From: Paraphysomonas bandaiensis
Lineage: Eukaryota > Protista > Chrysophyceae
DNA length: 64,000 bases
Direction of reading: 5' to 3'
NCBI GenBank assembly: GCA_965644295.1
Contig: CBFFRP010000059.1
Span: 62,001-126,000, forward strand
Shown here in pieces: positions 1 to 14,233 of this stretch. The number at the start of each line of letters is the position of its first letter. Within the stretch, counting starts at the first letter, position 1. The position numbers and the translations under genes were made by a program. The notes under the pieces are model-generated. The model was not told the DNA's origin, ran no database searches, and saw nothing but the letters and a program-made list of their open reading frames with translations.

Positions 1-1645
1 TCTACAGTAGCTCGTTCCCAATTACAGTTAGTTGATGTACATTGAATGTCCAGTCAGTATACTAGTGTTCTTGTTCTATCACTTCAACAGTTCCAGTAAT
101 ATGATGGATTTCTATGCTTAAAAAGTGCACTTTTATACTTAAAATAAGGGTTTTTTAGAGTTTAAGGCTGTGTAATTTATTTTTCGAAAAATTACACTCA
201 TTTGTTATGAGATCCTGCGAGGAGACGTTTTTTGACAAAGTGGACCTAGGGCCCCCCACTTGTCGGACTGTATTTGGTCCCACTCGAAATAAAAAATTTG
301 TGGTCATTTTGACCACAATTTCAAAGCTCTACACTCATGTTCCATACGAAAAAACACAATACAAAAAAATAAAGTGGGACCAGTCTCGAGGGACCTGAAT
401 CGAAACTATCCGAAGTATGAAAAATAATTTACACAACTCCAAAAAATTGAGGTTTTAATTTTCATACTTCTTCGGGTTTTTATATAGCTGAACTACAGTA
501 CCTACCTACCTACCTACCTACCGTAGCTACGTACGTACATACAGCACCAGTGCACACTTACATAGACGTGAATTCCTATACGCAGCACTGGAGTAGGAAG
601 TGGAGTCCCGGCCGGATGTAAGCATAATGATGGCTCAGAGGATGAGGACGAGCTATAGGTAGTAGTGGGGTGTGGTTTTCATGTGATCTTAATGACTAAT
701 ACTAAAAACGGAATCTCCGGATGTGTTTACGTACTGATTAGTCATACTAGTATATTGCACTGTATTCTCGCAGGCGGGTGATCATCCTTCTCATGGATAG
801 AAGTCGAGGCACTGTGATGACCCTGTGAGGAACCAGTGATCGCAGTGGACGAAACTGAGATCGGTATATTAGGCAAACTGTCGATTAGCTTTCAGAAACA
901 ACAGCTTATTAAGTGTAGTACGATGCATGCCTTTACGCAACATTGATATAGTAAGTTTAGCTGCGCTGAACAGGTCACATGTACTGGAAGTACACACGAC
1001 ATGACTCGTGGACCTGTACTTAAATATTTCAACTTTTCGTTTCTTAATTTTTTGAGCTGACTAAAAAATTTTATTTCCGCGTAGCCAACATCAGCTTTAT
1101 CATCCTCTGTATTGTTGCAATCACTGTCTGAACGGAGATATATTTTAACAGCATCTTTCTCGGATTTTGTATTTTCTCCATTCTCAAAATCAAATCAATT
1201 CCATCTCAAAATTCGGATCATTAACAATGGAACTGCTTTCTTTAAAGCGGATAGGGAATATCTAGCCCTGAAGTCCCTCAATAAGCAATCAAAAATGTTC
1301 CGGCATTCATAAAGATTAACTTGATTTGATCCTCTTGTTGAAGCAGCTTGAAAACGCTTTCAAACTTTCTCAGGTCGTCTACAAGGGCGGTGAGTAGTCC
1401 AGTTCCCTGAAATTATAATGCCATTATGAAAAATGTCCCGGAAAGAATTATAATTAACGGTTATCAGGCCCTAATGTATATAGTGTGTATCAGGGTTAGG
1501 GAATACTATATTACAATACTATTGCTAGAGAGCGTCTCATCAATAATATTGATATGTAGATGGAGTTTTTAAACCGGTCCAACAATACTATTGCAGTATA
1601 TTGCATATTGTACTATATTGTCAATGTATTAGTATTATTAATCAG

Positions 1646-2515
1646 CAGGGCTGCGTATCAATTAATTGCAATTAATTGTCAGTTGTTGAATTGCTATAAT
1701 TGAAATTGGGACATCGAATCATAATTGCCATTATAATTGACTCCATCTCGCTTCAACTTATTGTCAATTAATTGCTATTAATTAATATAAAAATACCACC
1801 TTTTTATACTGAAAAGTTGTTGGAGAACGGCATTTTATAAAATCAATTTTTACGAAAAAATCGAAGATTGGTGAAAGACTATATTATCCATAGGAGTATC
1901 TCACATTGTAATTCTTTTACTTAATTAGCGATACAAATAAACAACTAGTGTCCATACAATTACAGAAGGTGAACACCAGCTCGACCTCCACGACGTTCGC
2001 ATATTGTTTGACGAACTCATCATTAGGCACCCGATTGTCGAGCGGTCGAGCGTCATCTGGGCAGCAAGCAATGCCGCTATTATTCATAACGCTGCTTTCG
2101 AAAAGGCAGTCGTAAAGATTCAATGTGCAATGAAGCCGCACTACTTGGACGGAAAAGGATCAAATTAAAATATTTTTGCTCGATGAGGATGAATAAATGA
2201 CAGTGAGAGTCTAGTTCAGAATGACGACGCAGCGCAATGTTCGATTGATGATAGCAGACAGCGGAAGCAAACTCGATACCGCAGCATGAAGCACTTGCAT
2301 GCCACAACTAATAAGGTTGAAAGGTTGTTCAGTAGTGCTAAGATTGTTATGACGGATTTGCGCAAGAGTATGACTCCTCGGCATTTGGAGTTACCGTCGC
2401 CTCTGGAATGAAAAGACAGTTCCCTATGGAATTAATTGCAATAATTGAAACAGCAAGTAGTAATTGCAATTATAATTGACTACCACCTGCGTCAATTAAT
2501 TGATACGCAGCCCTG
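1646..2515 (+). mobile_element. hAT transposon deletion derivative with transposase C-terminal remnant
   Basis: Perfect 23-bp TIR CAGGGCTGCGTATCAATTAATTG and perfect 8-bp TSD TTAATCAG (1638-1645, 2516-2523); internal frames read NAAIIHNAAFEKAVVKIQ and ATTNKVERLFSSAKIVMTDLRKSMTPRHLEL (hAT dimerisation-domain motif). Confidence 0.9.
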
Positions 2516-2601
2516 TTAATCAGTAATTAATCACATGCGTAGATTCCACTTTTAGTACTTGTCACTACGACCACATGATAACTAAACTCACTACGTTTCC
2601 A

Positions 2602-2891
2602 GACAAATACTATCTACTGCTTATCTAATCACAATTTTTGTCGTGCTCAATTATTGCTGGCGTTATCATCACCACATTCATTCAAAATTAATAGTAATAT
2701 GCATAATGCATACATCCGGGCAAGTATTGTTTGCATTTCAGAATACGACAAATACTATCTACTGCTTATCTAATCACAATTTTTGTCGTGCTCAATTATT
2801 GCTGGCGTTATCATCATCACATTCATTCAAAACTAATAGTAATATGCATAATGCATACATCCGGGCAAGTATTGTTTGCATTTCAGAATAC
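2602..2891. repeat. Tandem duplication, 2 x ~145 bp
   Basis: GACAAATACTATCTACTGC...TTTCAGAATAC starts at 2602 and again at 2747, near-identical. Confidence 0.9.
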
Positions 2892-3683
2892 TGTTCCCTA
2901 GCCCTGGCGTGTAAGAGTATACTGTATAACATCTACAAAGGATCCATAAAACAGTGCGAGATTACAGTGTACACAATTTTTTAATCATATAGTATATAAA
3001 AGTGGCAATATCTCCATACTCCATATTCAAGCTACAGTACAAACAAATCGGAACATATCCTCCTCACGATCAAACTCTAGCTCCATTGACATACTCACCT
3101 CCTAAACCAATGTCATTTCAGTTCTTAGAAATGATTTGATATGACATATTGGAGCCAGTCGGTGCCGTTCCTATCCTCTCAGGTATAGTGCTTGACTTGA
3201 GACACCCGGTGATCACTTGAGTGTCGTCTTGAGATATGAGTTATGGTTGTATGTGTGTGAATCAACACAATAATCTATTGATTAAACTGACTTATTATAT
3301 TAATACAGTGGTATTACACTATATGCAATGGGGTTACTAATCAAGGAGCTGTTGCAGGTGGATGAATGTGTTACAGTAGCAATGTAGGTCTCTAGATGCT
3401 TATCGATAGATTGATTCTTATAGATAGATGCTTATAAATAGATATCCATAGCTACATCGTTATGTATCCGAGCCACTCCTGACTGGTACCGTTACGTATG
3501 TCCATGTACACATACAGTACATTGATACAAGCCATTGAAACAATTAGTTTTTGGGACAAATTGAGCATAAAAATCAAAGGTATCAGAATATAGTCTTTAA
3601 AAAACTCCAAATTTTTACTTAAATTTTTTTAATACTACTAAAAAATTAGCAAAAATATACACTTTATATTTCCAACATTGTAC

Positions 3684-3888
3684 GTGTTTTTATACATACA
3701 CGGGGTGGTTGTGCATATCGATTTTATGGATTTGTTCATCCTTTATTTCATTAAAAAGTCATCGTTTATATATTAAAAAGTCACTTTTTCTCACTTTTCA
3801 CTAGAAAAAGCGATGACTTTTCAATAAAATAAATCCATAAAATCCATCGATATACACACAACTATCCCTATATGTGTATTTAAAACAC
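3684..3888. mobile_element. Degenerate foldback/MITE relic just upstream of the ankyrin gene
   Basis: Imperfect inverted arms: GTGTTTTTATACATACACGGGGTGGTTGTGCATATCGATTTTATGGATTT and AAAAGTCATCG are mirrored by CGATGACTTTT and AAATCCATAAAATC..CGATATACACACAACTATCCC..TAAAACAC. Confidence 0.55.
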
Positions 3889-3923
3889 CACCTCAATTCA
3901 TATCACTATAATTCATAATTACA

Positions 3924-6900
3924 ATGAATTCTAGTATATATATCATGTCATGAGAGGTTTCTTAGTAACTAAAGTATCTACAAGATTTGCAGATTTACAT
4001 ACAAAATTAGAAAGAATATGTGTGATAACTGGGAAAGCTACTAAATTAGATTCATTACTTAAGAAGAAGCCTGATATCAGTGATATAACATTCGTATGTA
4101 TTCTATGAAGATATTATATATATAATTATAAGATTATAGGATGGATGGAATGCATTACAAGCTGCAACATTTAATAAACATTATAATGTTGTAGCATATT
4201 TACTTAAAGAGGATTTAATTGATGTGAATTCATGTGATAATGTATGTATTTGTTGGAGATATCATTCATTTCTAATGTTTATTATCATAGAAAGGATGCA
4301 CAGCTCTTCATTTAGCGGTAGTGTGGTTGTTGTAGGGCATTGTATGATTGTTTGATTCGTTTTCCTATCACAGGCCTGGCGCGGGGATGTAGACATCATA
4401 AAGCTGCTAGTTAACACTAAAAGCATTTCTGTGCAAGGTCGTACACAGGTACTGAATGTCGTTGGGTGTTATCAACATGCACGTAACGTTAGTACATCTT
4501 CAGGGAAATTATAATGCCTTGCATTATGCGATATTTGGTGGCCATCTTCGTGCTGTGAAATGCCTGCGTGACCTCTGCCCTGACAGCGTTTTGGATACAA
4601 CTGATGTATTAATGGCATGCTTTAACATTTGCCCGTACCTAACGATTTTATTGTACGTAGGAAGGATATAATGCTCTCATTCTAGCGTGTAAAGTAGGGC
4701 GACTCGATATTGTCCGGTATCTTGTTAAACTAGATGGTGTGAATGCAAAAGATAAATCGGGCTGTACCCCCTTGCATCACGCCTGTTGGGAGGGCCACGC
4801 CTCAATCGCACATGCATTACTTGCAGCGGGTGCCGATCCACAGGTCAAAAATGTCAATGGGCTACGGCCAATCGAGGTATGCCGCACAAGTGCATGCAGG
4901 GACGACTATCAGGCTATTCTTAGAGCCCATATGATGAATGATGACTCTTTCCGACTTCCGGACACCACCCCACCACCCGTATCCGAGGAGCCCTTAGGTG
5001 AAAATCGTGAGACGTATACGAATGCTATACGGTACCTGAGATCATTTCCTGAACGATTGTCAGCAGTGGGCCAAGGCTTAGAGATGCCCTCCGAAAACAT
5101 CTCTTCACCGTGCGGTGTAGGCCTTGTGGATGAGATAACGAATGCTTTAGAGACAGCAGCCCCAGTAGCGATCAGCCCACCACTACACCAAATTCACAGT
5201 GATCCACACATTTCCAGTAGCTTAAGCCCGCTGGGTAAACAAGATAACACTGACCTTGAGAATAACTCTGTTGATGGCATATATGCTGATTCTTCAGACC
5301 AGGTAGATAGGCTCACAGATTCTTGTGTCCCTCCAGAACCAGGAGAGCCGGTATGTGCAGATATTCCTGGTGATGGAGAAGTTGTTAGTGCTGTTTCTGG
5401 AGATTCTATCATTCCTGAAGATGATGGCTGTGATGAATCGGATGAGAATGCATGTACCAGTGCTAGAGAAGGTGCTGCTGCTGTTTCTGAAGAATCTATC
5501 ATTCCTGAATGTGATAGCTCTTTACCTGCTCCTGATCAACCGATCAGCAGTGGTGCAATAGACTCTCATGAAGATGATGGCTGTGCTGAACCGGGCAAAC
5601 AGATAGAGTCTATGATCGATGAGCAAAATTTGCCTCATTCCGAGAATGAATCCACGGAAGAGGACCTGTGTAATTCATTATCGACTACCGCTGATGATGT
5701 AGCGGCTGCACCTCCACCCATGTCTCCTATAACCCCTAGGCACGGGGTTCAAGCCGTTGTGTGGAGAGTCTGTAGACGTTCGGGAGATGTAACTGTGCTT
5801 GTAGACTTGATAAATAAGCATCCTGAGGCTCTCCATGAGGATCTTCGGGACAGCAGCGGTGACACGCCGCTGATATCTGCTGTCCGTGCAGGACATTGTG
5901 GTGTCGTGGAGTTTTTACTTCAACAGGGCGCATACTTGAGGATTAATGACAAGCGGCAGAACAACGCTCTCCACGTGGCATGCAGCATGGACAATGCAGA
6001 AATTGCTAATCTCTTAGCTGAGAAAAGCAAGAACTTGCTGAATGAGACTAATGATAGTGGTAACTGTCCTCTTCATATTGCAGCTGCTATTGGGTCAATC
6101 CGAGTTATTAATTGTCTCCTTTCCTGTCCATCGATTGATATTTCACGCAAGAATGCCAGTGGTTTTACGGCCAGCGAGATTGCCACGAAGGGTGGATTTA
6201 CTGCAGCTGCTGATGTTCTCAGGAGGCATGAGGCTTATGTGAGTGTTTCCACGGAATGTGACAGCACAAATATATCAACCCCACCACATGCACGTGAAGA
6301 TGTAGAATTTACTGGAGCAGTGACATCAGCGGATGGGTTGTGTTCACCATCTGACTTGGAGATTGAGGACTGTAGTACCTCTCGGGGTAGAGATTTTGTT
6401 GGTCTAGCAGTGGGTATTCCAGTAGAGGGTGGTGCTGATACCTGTGAAACAGGAGATTTGAGTAACTCGGTGTCACATGAACATACTACAATTAGTCCAT
6501 CGACCCCTTGTAGCCAGCTCTTCCGTAGAGCTGACAGCATTGTCAGTGATCAAGAGAATAATATTGACCTATTACGATATAACAAAGACAAGAACGGCAG
6601 AATTGCACTGACGTTTGCGGATGCCGATATCGTGTCTCATCGTCCACGATCAATAACAGAAGTGCACAACGGCATTGTGTTCGAAGAAGAACTGGATGAT
6701 GATGACGACGAGGATTCGATCCAGGATGATATGGAACGTTGCGATGCCTTGAAGTCGCTCCTAGGCTACGAACCAAGTCCGGATGGCAAATGTGACCCGG
6801 TTCGAGTTACTGGGATCACTCCTCCTCCTGAAGATATTGATGACTATGAGAAAGAAACGTGGCAATACTTAGGTCGCGCTCTCTCACAAGCGAATCGAAT

Positions 6901-9900
6901 GGAAGAAGAAACTAATTTGTATTCCCCACCGTCCACAGTTCTAAATCCCAATGAAGTTGTAAAGGTAGACCTACGATGGTTATATTTGATGGGCAGTGTG
7001 TGTCGGGTTCTAGGTAGTAGAGGATATCGCTCAATGACAAAGCGTTTCTATCATTGGAAGTATGAGTCTGTGGGTGGCCCAGCTGCTGTTGGTCCACTCC
7101 ATCCCTTCATCAATCCGAACGCCCCAATCCCGCCGAAAACTACCCCATCCAAAGCCCCACCCACCTCTCAACCCTCCACACCCGCGTCCCCATTGGTGGA
7201 GAGAATGAACCCTGCTCTTGTGTTTGCTTTAAAGGTACTAGACAGACATGCCAAGCATTGCAGGAAGTCATGCGAGATTGAAGCGATGTATTTCGCGTGG
7301 GAAAGACTTGTTTCAAGCTTATATTCGCCTGCTGTGTCCCAGGCGGTGACATATGTGAGCTCTCCAGAAGCTGCTGCAGCGCCTGATAATGACCCCTGTA
7401 TATTTACTGATACTGCGTCTCGTGGTGGTTATGAACTGAAGGCTCAAGATTCCCTTGAGCTGTCACCTGTAGACCGTTCTGATTTGCCAGAACACGTTGC
7501 AATACTAGGAAGTCCAGGTGAAAGTGTTGGACAAACTTTAAGTCAATTTGAAAATAGTTCAACAAATGGTCATCATACGATCATCGAGGACCAGTCAGCT
7601 GTTCAGACCGAAAGGTCGCCCCCAGGGACAGAGGTGGCAATGTCACTTTTAGATGTGATTGATCAGGAGGAGCTATCGGACAGAGACGGCACAGTGAATG
7701 AAGAGGACGAATCTGGCACCGGTGAAGCATCAATAAAATTACAAGACGATGTAGTTTCAGAAGCTTTAGATCCCCAGCAGTGCGTAACCGACGAAGTTAT
7801 GGAAGACGGCGCTGAGGAGAGTGGAGGATATGGTGATACAGGTATTGAGTTCGAAGACCAGCTCGAATATGAATTTGGTCATTCGGAGTCTGAGTCTGAA
7901 GGTGAAGCGGCCGAGGATTTGATGCTCCTGGGCCCGCTACCATCAGAGCTCAATCTTTTGTTAAGAATAAATGAGGTAAGCGTAATGCATACGTGTGTCC
8001 TAGATTTGATCGTATATTAAAATGGTCCTTGCAGCATGTTCTATGGGATATTTTCACGTATTATGTGCAAAACAAGCTCTCTATTCCGTCTCAGAACATG
8101 TCGGACAAGAAGAGAGTTAGTAAAAGAATACTATCCCTTGGAGGAGTCTGGAATTTATTGACTGATTTTGCCGTTTGCCCTATATTGTGTAGGTAAGGTG
8201 CACTTCAAGTGCTTACTATCCACAAATGTATGTATTGTAATGCTATTTTTATAGTAAGAGCTGCCTTAAGAGTATCGTCGATTCGCTTATGGCTCCAGGA
8301 CAGCTACCGACGATATTTTATTCTCCAGATATTCCAGCGCCGAAATTGAAATCAACCGAGCCTGTCATATCTTTCAATGGGTTTTACAAGGTTTGTTGTG
8401 TTGTTTACTCTATGCATGGTAAGGTTATTGAGTAGATTCTCTGGGCAATTGCACGAGATTGCTTGGACGCGCCGTCTGCCACCGACCCAACATCTCGTCT
8501 CTTAAGCCTGTTAATGAGAATGGACGGGTAAGTTGTCAGTTCTGACCTAATTGACTCCTCACTGTTACTTTGTGAAGGTCGTCAGGCCGAAGGAAAATGG
8601 CATCGCATTCAAGGGACGCACGGCTGATTGCGTCATTTAACTTAAACGATCAGTCCGTACAACGACAGATAGCGAATGCAGAGCGTGCGCGTCAGGTGAA
8701 CAAAGAAGCCAAAGCTGCAGCTAAGCTGAAGATGAATGTTTCTCCTACACGGAGCAGTCGCTTGTCGAATTCACAGAAGAAAAGCCAACAGAGTCCTGGA
8801 GTTACCCCATATGGTGGAATGGGTGCTCTCAGTGGTGGTAGTGAGGAGTCTCCTTCAAGGCAATCTAGAGGCGGTACGCAGGCCACACAAAACTCTAAAA
8901 GTATTACTTCTGTTGGAGTGCCAAAGGAAAAACCACTGACTAAATCGACTCCAGGAATTGCAAGCCGTACCAATGCGGAGCTACAGCATGTAGTGCAGGA
9001 TTCTTCTGATATCGGAGGGAAGCAGGCATTGAAACCCAGTACTGATGCTATAGCAGAGCCGAGTGCAACGACTTCTAGGTTGTGCAGCTTTAGCTTTACA
9101 TTTTTTGTGCTTACATGTGTGCAGTCCATCGGGCCTCCCACCAATATCTCCACATTCATCCCTATCAAAGCAGAGAAATTTATCTCTCACAGCGTGTGAG
9201 GAGGCAAAAGGCTCTTTAAGTAGCATTGAAAATACAACAGAGTGCAATGATTCTGGTGACGAGAAGCAGCAAGTTTTGGAGGGCTTAGCCAAAGCACCCG
9301 TAGCGGATAGAGTCAACGCTAAACTTGCTGCTAAACAGTTTGAGGCATTGGTAAATAAAATCAAGACTGATAGTCCGACGCACAAAACTCCTCGTTCACA
9401 GTCATCTTCTCGGAGCACCTCACCGCAACGCGAGAGGTCTGCAAGCATTCCACTGCCTCTCCAGAAGCCAGAACTAGTAATACCAACTAGTGATGACGGA
9501 GATAGGTGACTTATTTTGTACAGATATTGTGACAGTTAACATGTCCTCAGTGGACCAGGTAGTGGATCGAGATCACTTGGGTCACGTGGACGCCCGATCA
9601 ATAGGCGAAACACTCCCCCCTATAGAGTGTTTGCTGAGGCAGTGCGCCGCAACTCAGACGGACAGCCTGGGTCGCCAGTATCGAAGCACGAACGGTCACC
9701 ACTTCCGGGTGCGCATTGCATCACATGTGAATATTCGAACAAATATCTTACTATCACACAGGTCGACGTGACTCAAAGACCACAGAGGGCACTATAACTC
9801 CGGAGGCTGTGGAAGAGGAGGCTGCTAAGCGTCAGTCTGCTTTAGAAATATGGCGAAAGGCTAGTCCAGCTCTGCCAAATTCTGAATCACTGACGAGTGA

Positions 9901-10075
9901 AAATTCCTCATTAGAACCCATTTATGGTGACGAAGAGGATGCCACTTCGGAAAGAAGTGGCAGCTTAGTATTAAAGACAGAGTTAGACAAATTCAACAGC
10001 GATGAAACAGATGTATACTACAGTCCGAATTCAAAGACAAGGAAACGTCGAGGGACTATAACCCGTAGAAGATAA
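3924..10075 (+). CDS. Large multi-exon ankyrin-repeat protein with long acidic/low-complexity regions
   Basis: Spliced ANK repeats (DGWNALQAA, KGCTALHLAAWRG, GNYNALHYA, EGYNALILAC, SGCTPLHHAC, SGDTPLISA, SGNCPLHIA) joined by short GT-AG introns; main exon ~4661-7975; ORFs at 8597, 9063 and 9809 are probably downstream exons. Start (3924 or 3950) and 3' exon joining are uncertain. Confidence 0.75.
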
Positions 10076-10844
10076 ATCGTTAGTTTGTGTTCTTCAGGTG
10101 CATTGAACGTAAATAAAAAGAAGTAAATAATACTATATCTTATATCTATAGCATCGAATCGTTCGCTTTTCTATTATATTCATGGATATATTGAAATTGC
10201 GTTCGAAATCGAAGTAGTATATTTGTTAGTATGCTACAAGGTTTCTAAATTATCACCATCATGATTAGATGAGATACTAAGTACTATACTTGGAGTGGGA
10301 GTCCACAATAAGGCAAATAAGTGCTATATATTGTATAAAGTATAATGTAGATGCGTAGATGCCGTGTTTACAGCATTAATAGATGCTTCAAACTTCACTT
10401 AATTTTATACATAAAGACGTTAAATTCCCACCTCTGACGAAGTATTGTTCTTCTCTTATCATTGTTACTTACAATAGTTCACAATAATCTATTATCTATT
10501 CTGATGGCTCACTTAGAGCAAACATCAGCAAGAGTTGTGGTAGTGAATGAAATCTTATCTAAGAAATTATTGTAAACAATAAAAGTTAAATTATTTTATA
10601 CAATGTACTTCAGCGAAAAGCCGAACTAGCGTGTCGACTCCAGAGAAGGAAGTAAATTAGTGGCAGATAATTTGTCGAAAATTATCTTGCGCTTATTTAG
10701 TTAAATCACATTAGCATTAATCACTTTTAAAAATTCGAGTATTTTGAAGTAGACAACATGTTAAAGTAATAGGCAGCTTGTCATATACGCTGTGTAGCTG
10801 AACAATAGTAAATAGTGCTGTAGTTGTAGATTACTTGAAATCAG

Positions 10845-13761
10845 TTACAATGACCCTTGACATCTCATTTTTCCGAAAAAATCAGCAGTACTCTTAGAAG
10901 CATCTTCCGGATTCCTTACCGCTTCGTGTCTCTCCAGTCTCTCCTATGCTCTGTTAGAAAAACAATATTTTTATGATGATATGTAATTAACCTTTTTGAT
11001 TCCCTTTAAATTTGCCCTCTTTGCTTCGTAGGTATCTCCTCGAGGCCTCTGCACAGAACACAAAATGAGCAGGGCTTTCATGTCTAGACTACTCAGCACC
11101 GCACGCAGTATCAAACACAGCAAGATATGAACATACTATATTCAGAATCGCTCTCAACACACCTGTAAAAGAGGAATATGGGCAGCTACGGTGGAAGTGG
11201 TGGAGTACTTTTTACCCTTATCTGCATTTTTATAGGGGCGATAACCATGCACATTGTGGAGGTTATCAAGCACCTCCAGCCAGCTCTCGCTTTTGGCTGT
11301 GGCACACTCATTGTTGACACTTATACACACTTCTGTGGCTCTGCTTTTTGACCCAATACTAGTACCATCTGCTACTCTTTTATTTTGCAACGAAACCACA
11401 CCCTCGCCTTTCCGCTTACTTCCCCTCTTCGCTTTTTCTGATGAAGTTCATTGATTTACTCACAATATAGAGGTCATAAAATACGCACCATCAAGCAGTT
11501 GGACTAGGCCGAGTACATCTTGTTTTCTTACTGACAGACCTAGGGGAAAATGAGGCACTGCATGTAGAAGAGGGTGTACGCTTCACTATCACCTCGTAAA
11601 TAGAGGAGCGAATTCCTTACTCTTGCAGCTGCTAGGATGTGGTCTTCCCAAAGCGCTACGATGCCCACGTCAAAAATGGTTGATTGGCGTAGGGTAGAAA
11701 GGCTTAATTACCTTGGTAGTGAGCGGTTAAGTCCCACAGTACACTCGGCTACGACAAAACTAAGAAAACTCAAGGTATAGCCAGTGCTATATTACACCTG
11801 ATATTTAAATCGCAAGCGGTCAAATCCGCACTCATGAAGTACCAGTGGTAAATCCGGAGCCATACTACAACTTCGTTTATAGGACACACAGATCTTTGTC
11901 TAAACACACCTGTAATCTGGCTTCGCGGGAAGTGTATCTATATCTAACAAGCTAAGGGTAAATGTTATAACTAATCATTGACGGTGCATGAATATGTATG
12001 TCCGATATACACAACAGCAATAACGATACCCATGCATTGTATACATCCCGCACACCTTGACACAATCTGCGGCTGTTCCTTTCCCTCACCGACCAAGAAA
12101 AGAACGGCCATAATGCATCTCACCATATGCCAGAGGAATGCAACGCCTCTTCACATCATATCAGCACAACCATGTTACGCACTGAACGATGCACCTTATT
12201 TCTAAAGCGTATACATCATCCCAACCGCTGGCCCCCTGTGAGTGATTCGCGATTTGTATAATCTTTGCGTAGATTATTTCCCTGTATCACAATCATACAT
12301 CATTTATCAGTAGTCATTGAAGTCAAACCTCCTGAAATTAGTAACGTTTGCCATGTCCATCTTGCATAAGTTTCTGATAAGTATGGTGATAACGTAAACA
12401 TCTTCAGTGTAAAAACTATACTACCTGAAATCATGCTCACCAAGTAGTAAGTCAGCAGCAGACTGCATCCGCTCTAGGTCGAGATCTTTTCTGCTCAATT
12501 TTATCCATCAACAGCACAATAACATCAAGGAAAACGTACACAGCACCACACACTGTATATAACAGCAATAACATATATACTGTACAAGTGGATAGAGTGT
12601 AAGCAGCACAACCCCGATATGGCACTTACTTGAGGAAGAAGTAACGATATGTGCGATGCGTAGCACTGAACCTGCAATGGAAGTGAGAATAAGGGTGGGA
12701 AGGTTAAGGATAGAAAAGACTACCTGGCACTAAATTCATCAGTGACCGCCGTCCACCCGATAACACGGATATCATCCGGAAGGCACCTACACCACACATG
12801 AGAAAATTAAACGTATCAAGAAACATGTTTCACAACCGTACCTATTGAGCATCTGACAGTAATCCATTTCTTTGAACTCTTTCGTCACAAAACTGGGCTC
12901 ATCTTCGTTACCCCCACTTGTCGCCTCGCGATTATCAGTTTTCTTTTTTCCTTTTCTTGGTACGGAACATGTAACTGCATCCTCAGGATGAAGGCCTAAC
13001 AACGATTCGTCTCCACCCTTCACATTAGATATTTCATCGCTTGTAGCTTGGGAGCTTGGAGGAATAGACGATCGCAGCCACAAGGCCACAACCTACAGCA
13101 AAGTAAATGTACAGTAACCTAAAATGTGATACACGGCGGTATATACATACCTGACCAAGAGCACTGACTCCCTTGTCGGTCCTGCCGCATCTGCTGTACC
13201 CACATGTCTGCGCACCACAAAGAATTCAGTAAAACCCTATCGTCTAACAGATAATATCCTACTTGTCTGCTTTCAATAAGGTTCACCCTTGTTAAAGCAT
13301 CAAACAGGTGTTGCTCAACAGTTTCTCCGCCTGGAGACGAAGCGAATCCGAGATATTTGGCACCGTCATATTGGACATGTAGAGCCACATGTCTCTGTCT
13401 ATATCTATAGTATCAACGCACTATATGAGGATACAATAGAGGTTTATATATACACATACTTTGACATGTTAATAGAAGCTTTCTGTGATCGATTTGTTTT
13501 TGTATTAGATCGTTCAATTGTATGAGAGGGACTGTTAAGAGAATCATGACTGTTAGGCGGCTCATGATTATTAAGAGGATCATGTGTGTTAGGAGGCTCA
13601 TGACTGTTAGGTGGCTCATGACTGCTAGGCGGCTCATGACTGTTAGGCGGCTCATGACTGTTAGGAGGGTCCTGTACATGTCTCCTGATAATATCATTCC
13701 GTTTATCTGATTTCATATTAAAAACAAGCTGTACATGGGGTGTTTTATAAGGTACCTTCAT
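10845..13761 (-). CDS. PUS3: tRNA pseudouridine(38/39) synthase, TruA family (PUS3/DEG1-like), multi-exon
   Basis: Spliced reading gives VALHVQYDGAKYLGF, YSRCGRTDKGVSALGQV (catalytic Asp), LNRCLPDDIRV, FSARFSA, LLGEHDFRNLCK and WHMVRCIMAVLFLVG; start codon uncertain. Confidence 0.9.
13545..13668 (-). repeat. 18-bp coding minisatellite, (PPNSHE)n, in the PUS3 N-terminus
   Basis: About 7 copies of CATGACTGTTAGGCGGCT variants. Confidence 0.85.
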
Positions 13762-14073
13762 CACATGTTTCCAATAAATCTGATATTATATTTAATAATG
13801 TTTCTTTATTATAAGTTTGTAGTGATAATAGAAGTGGATTCATAGCACTGTGTATTAATGGTAAGCAATGGTGAGAGAGTAGTGAGAGAGTAGTGAGAGA
13901 GCAGTGAGAGAGTGGTGAGAGAATGGGATGATATGAGCTAATAGATGAGTTGATCTGATGTCATATATATATGGGTTGGAAGGTGTGTCTATTTTCTGGT
14001 TGTTAAGAGCGAGATTTCTATATATATATACATGTATATATATACATGTATGCATGTGTGTGTGTGGACATCG

Positions 14074-14233
14074 GGTACAGCAGTACACATAGAGTCTATA
14101 TATACCATCAGGTACAGCAGTACATACAGAGTGGTGTGTACATCCGGTACAGCAGTACACATAGAGTCTATATATATCTATATGTGTGTGGACATCGGGT
14201 ACAGCAGTACACACAGAGTCTATATATATATAC
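14074..14233. repeat. Four copies of GGTACAGCAGTACA(C/T)A(T/C)AGAGT in the divergent intergenic region
   Basis: The motif recurs four times, separated by TA/TG-rich linkers that themselves recur. Confidence 0.8.

Larger units (their letters stand above)
1491..2906. mobile_element. Non-autonomous hAT-like DNA transposon (outer element of a nest)
   Basis: Imperfect TIRs CAGGGTTAGGGAATACTAT (1491) / ATACTGTTCCCTAGCCCTG (2906); flanking 8-mers GTGTGTAT / GCGTGTAA match 6/8, consistent with a decayed 8-bp TSD. Confidence 0.6.

Noticed and set aside
60-1390. AT-rich segments resembling DNA-transposon subtermini, and small ORFs 207-398 and 1112-1312
   Set aside because: I could not establish paired TIRs, a TSD or a protein motif within the window
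14074-14233. Repeat-spacer pattern resembling a mini CRISPR
   Set aside because: The linkers are low-complexity and repeat one another; eukaryotic context with no cas genes
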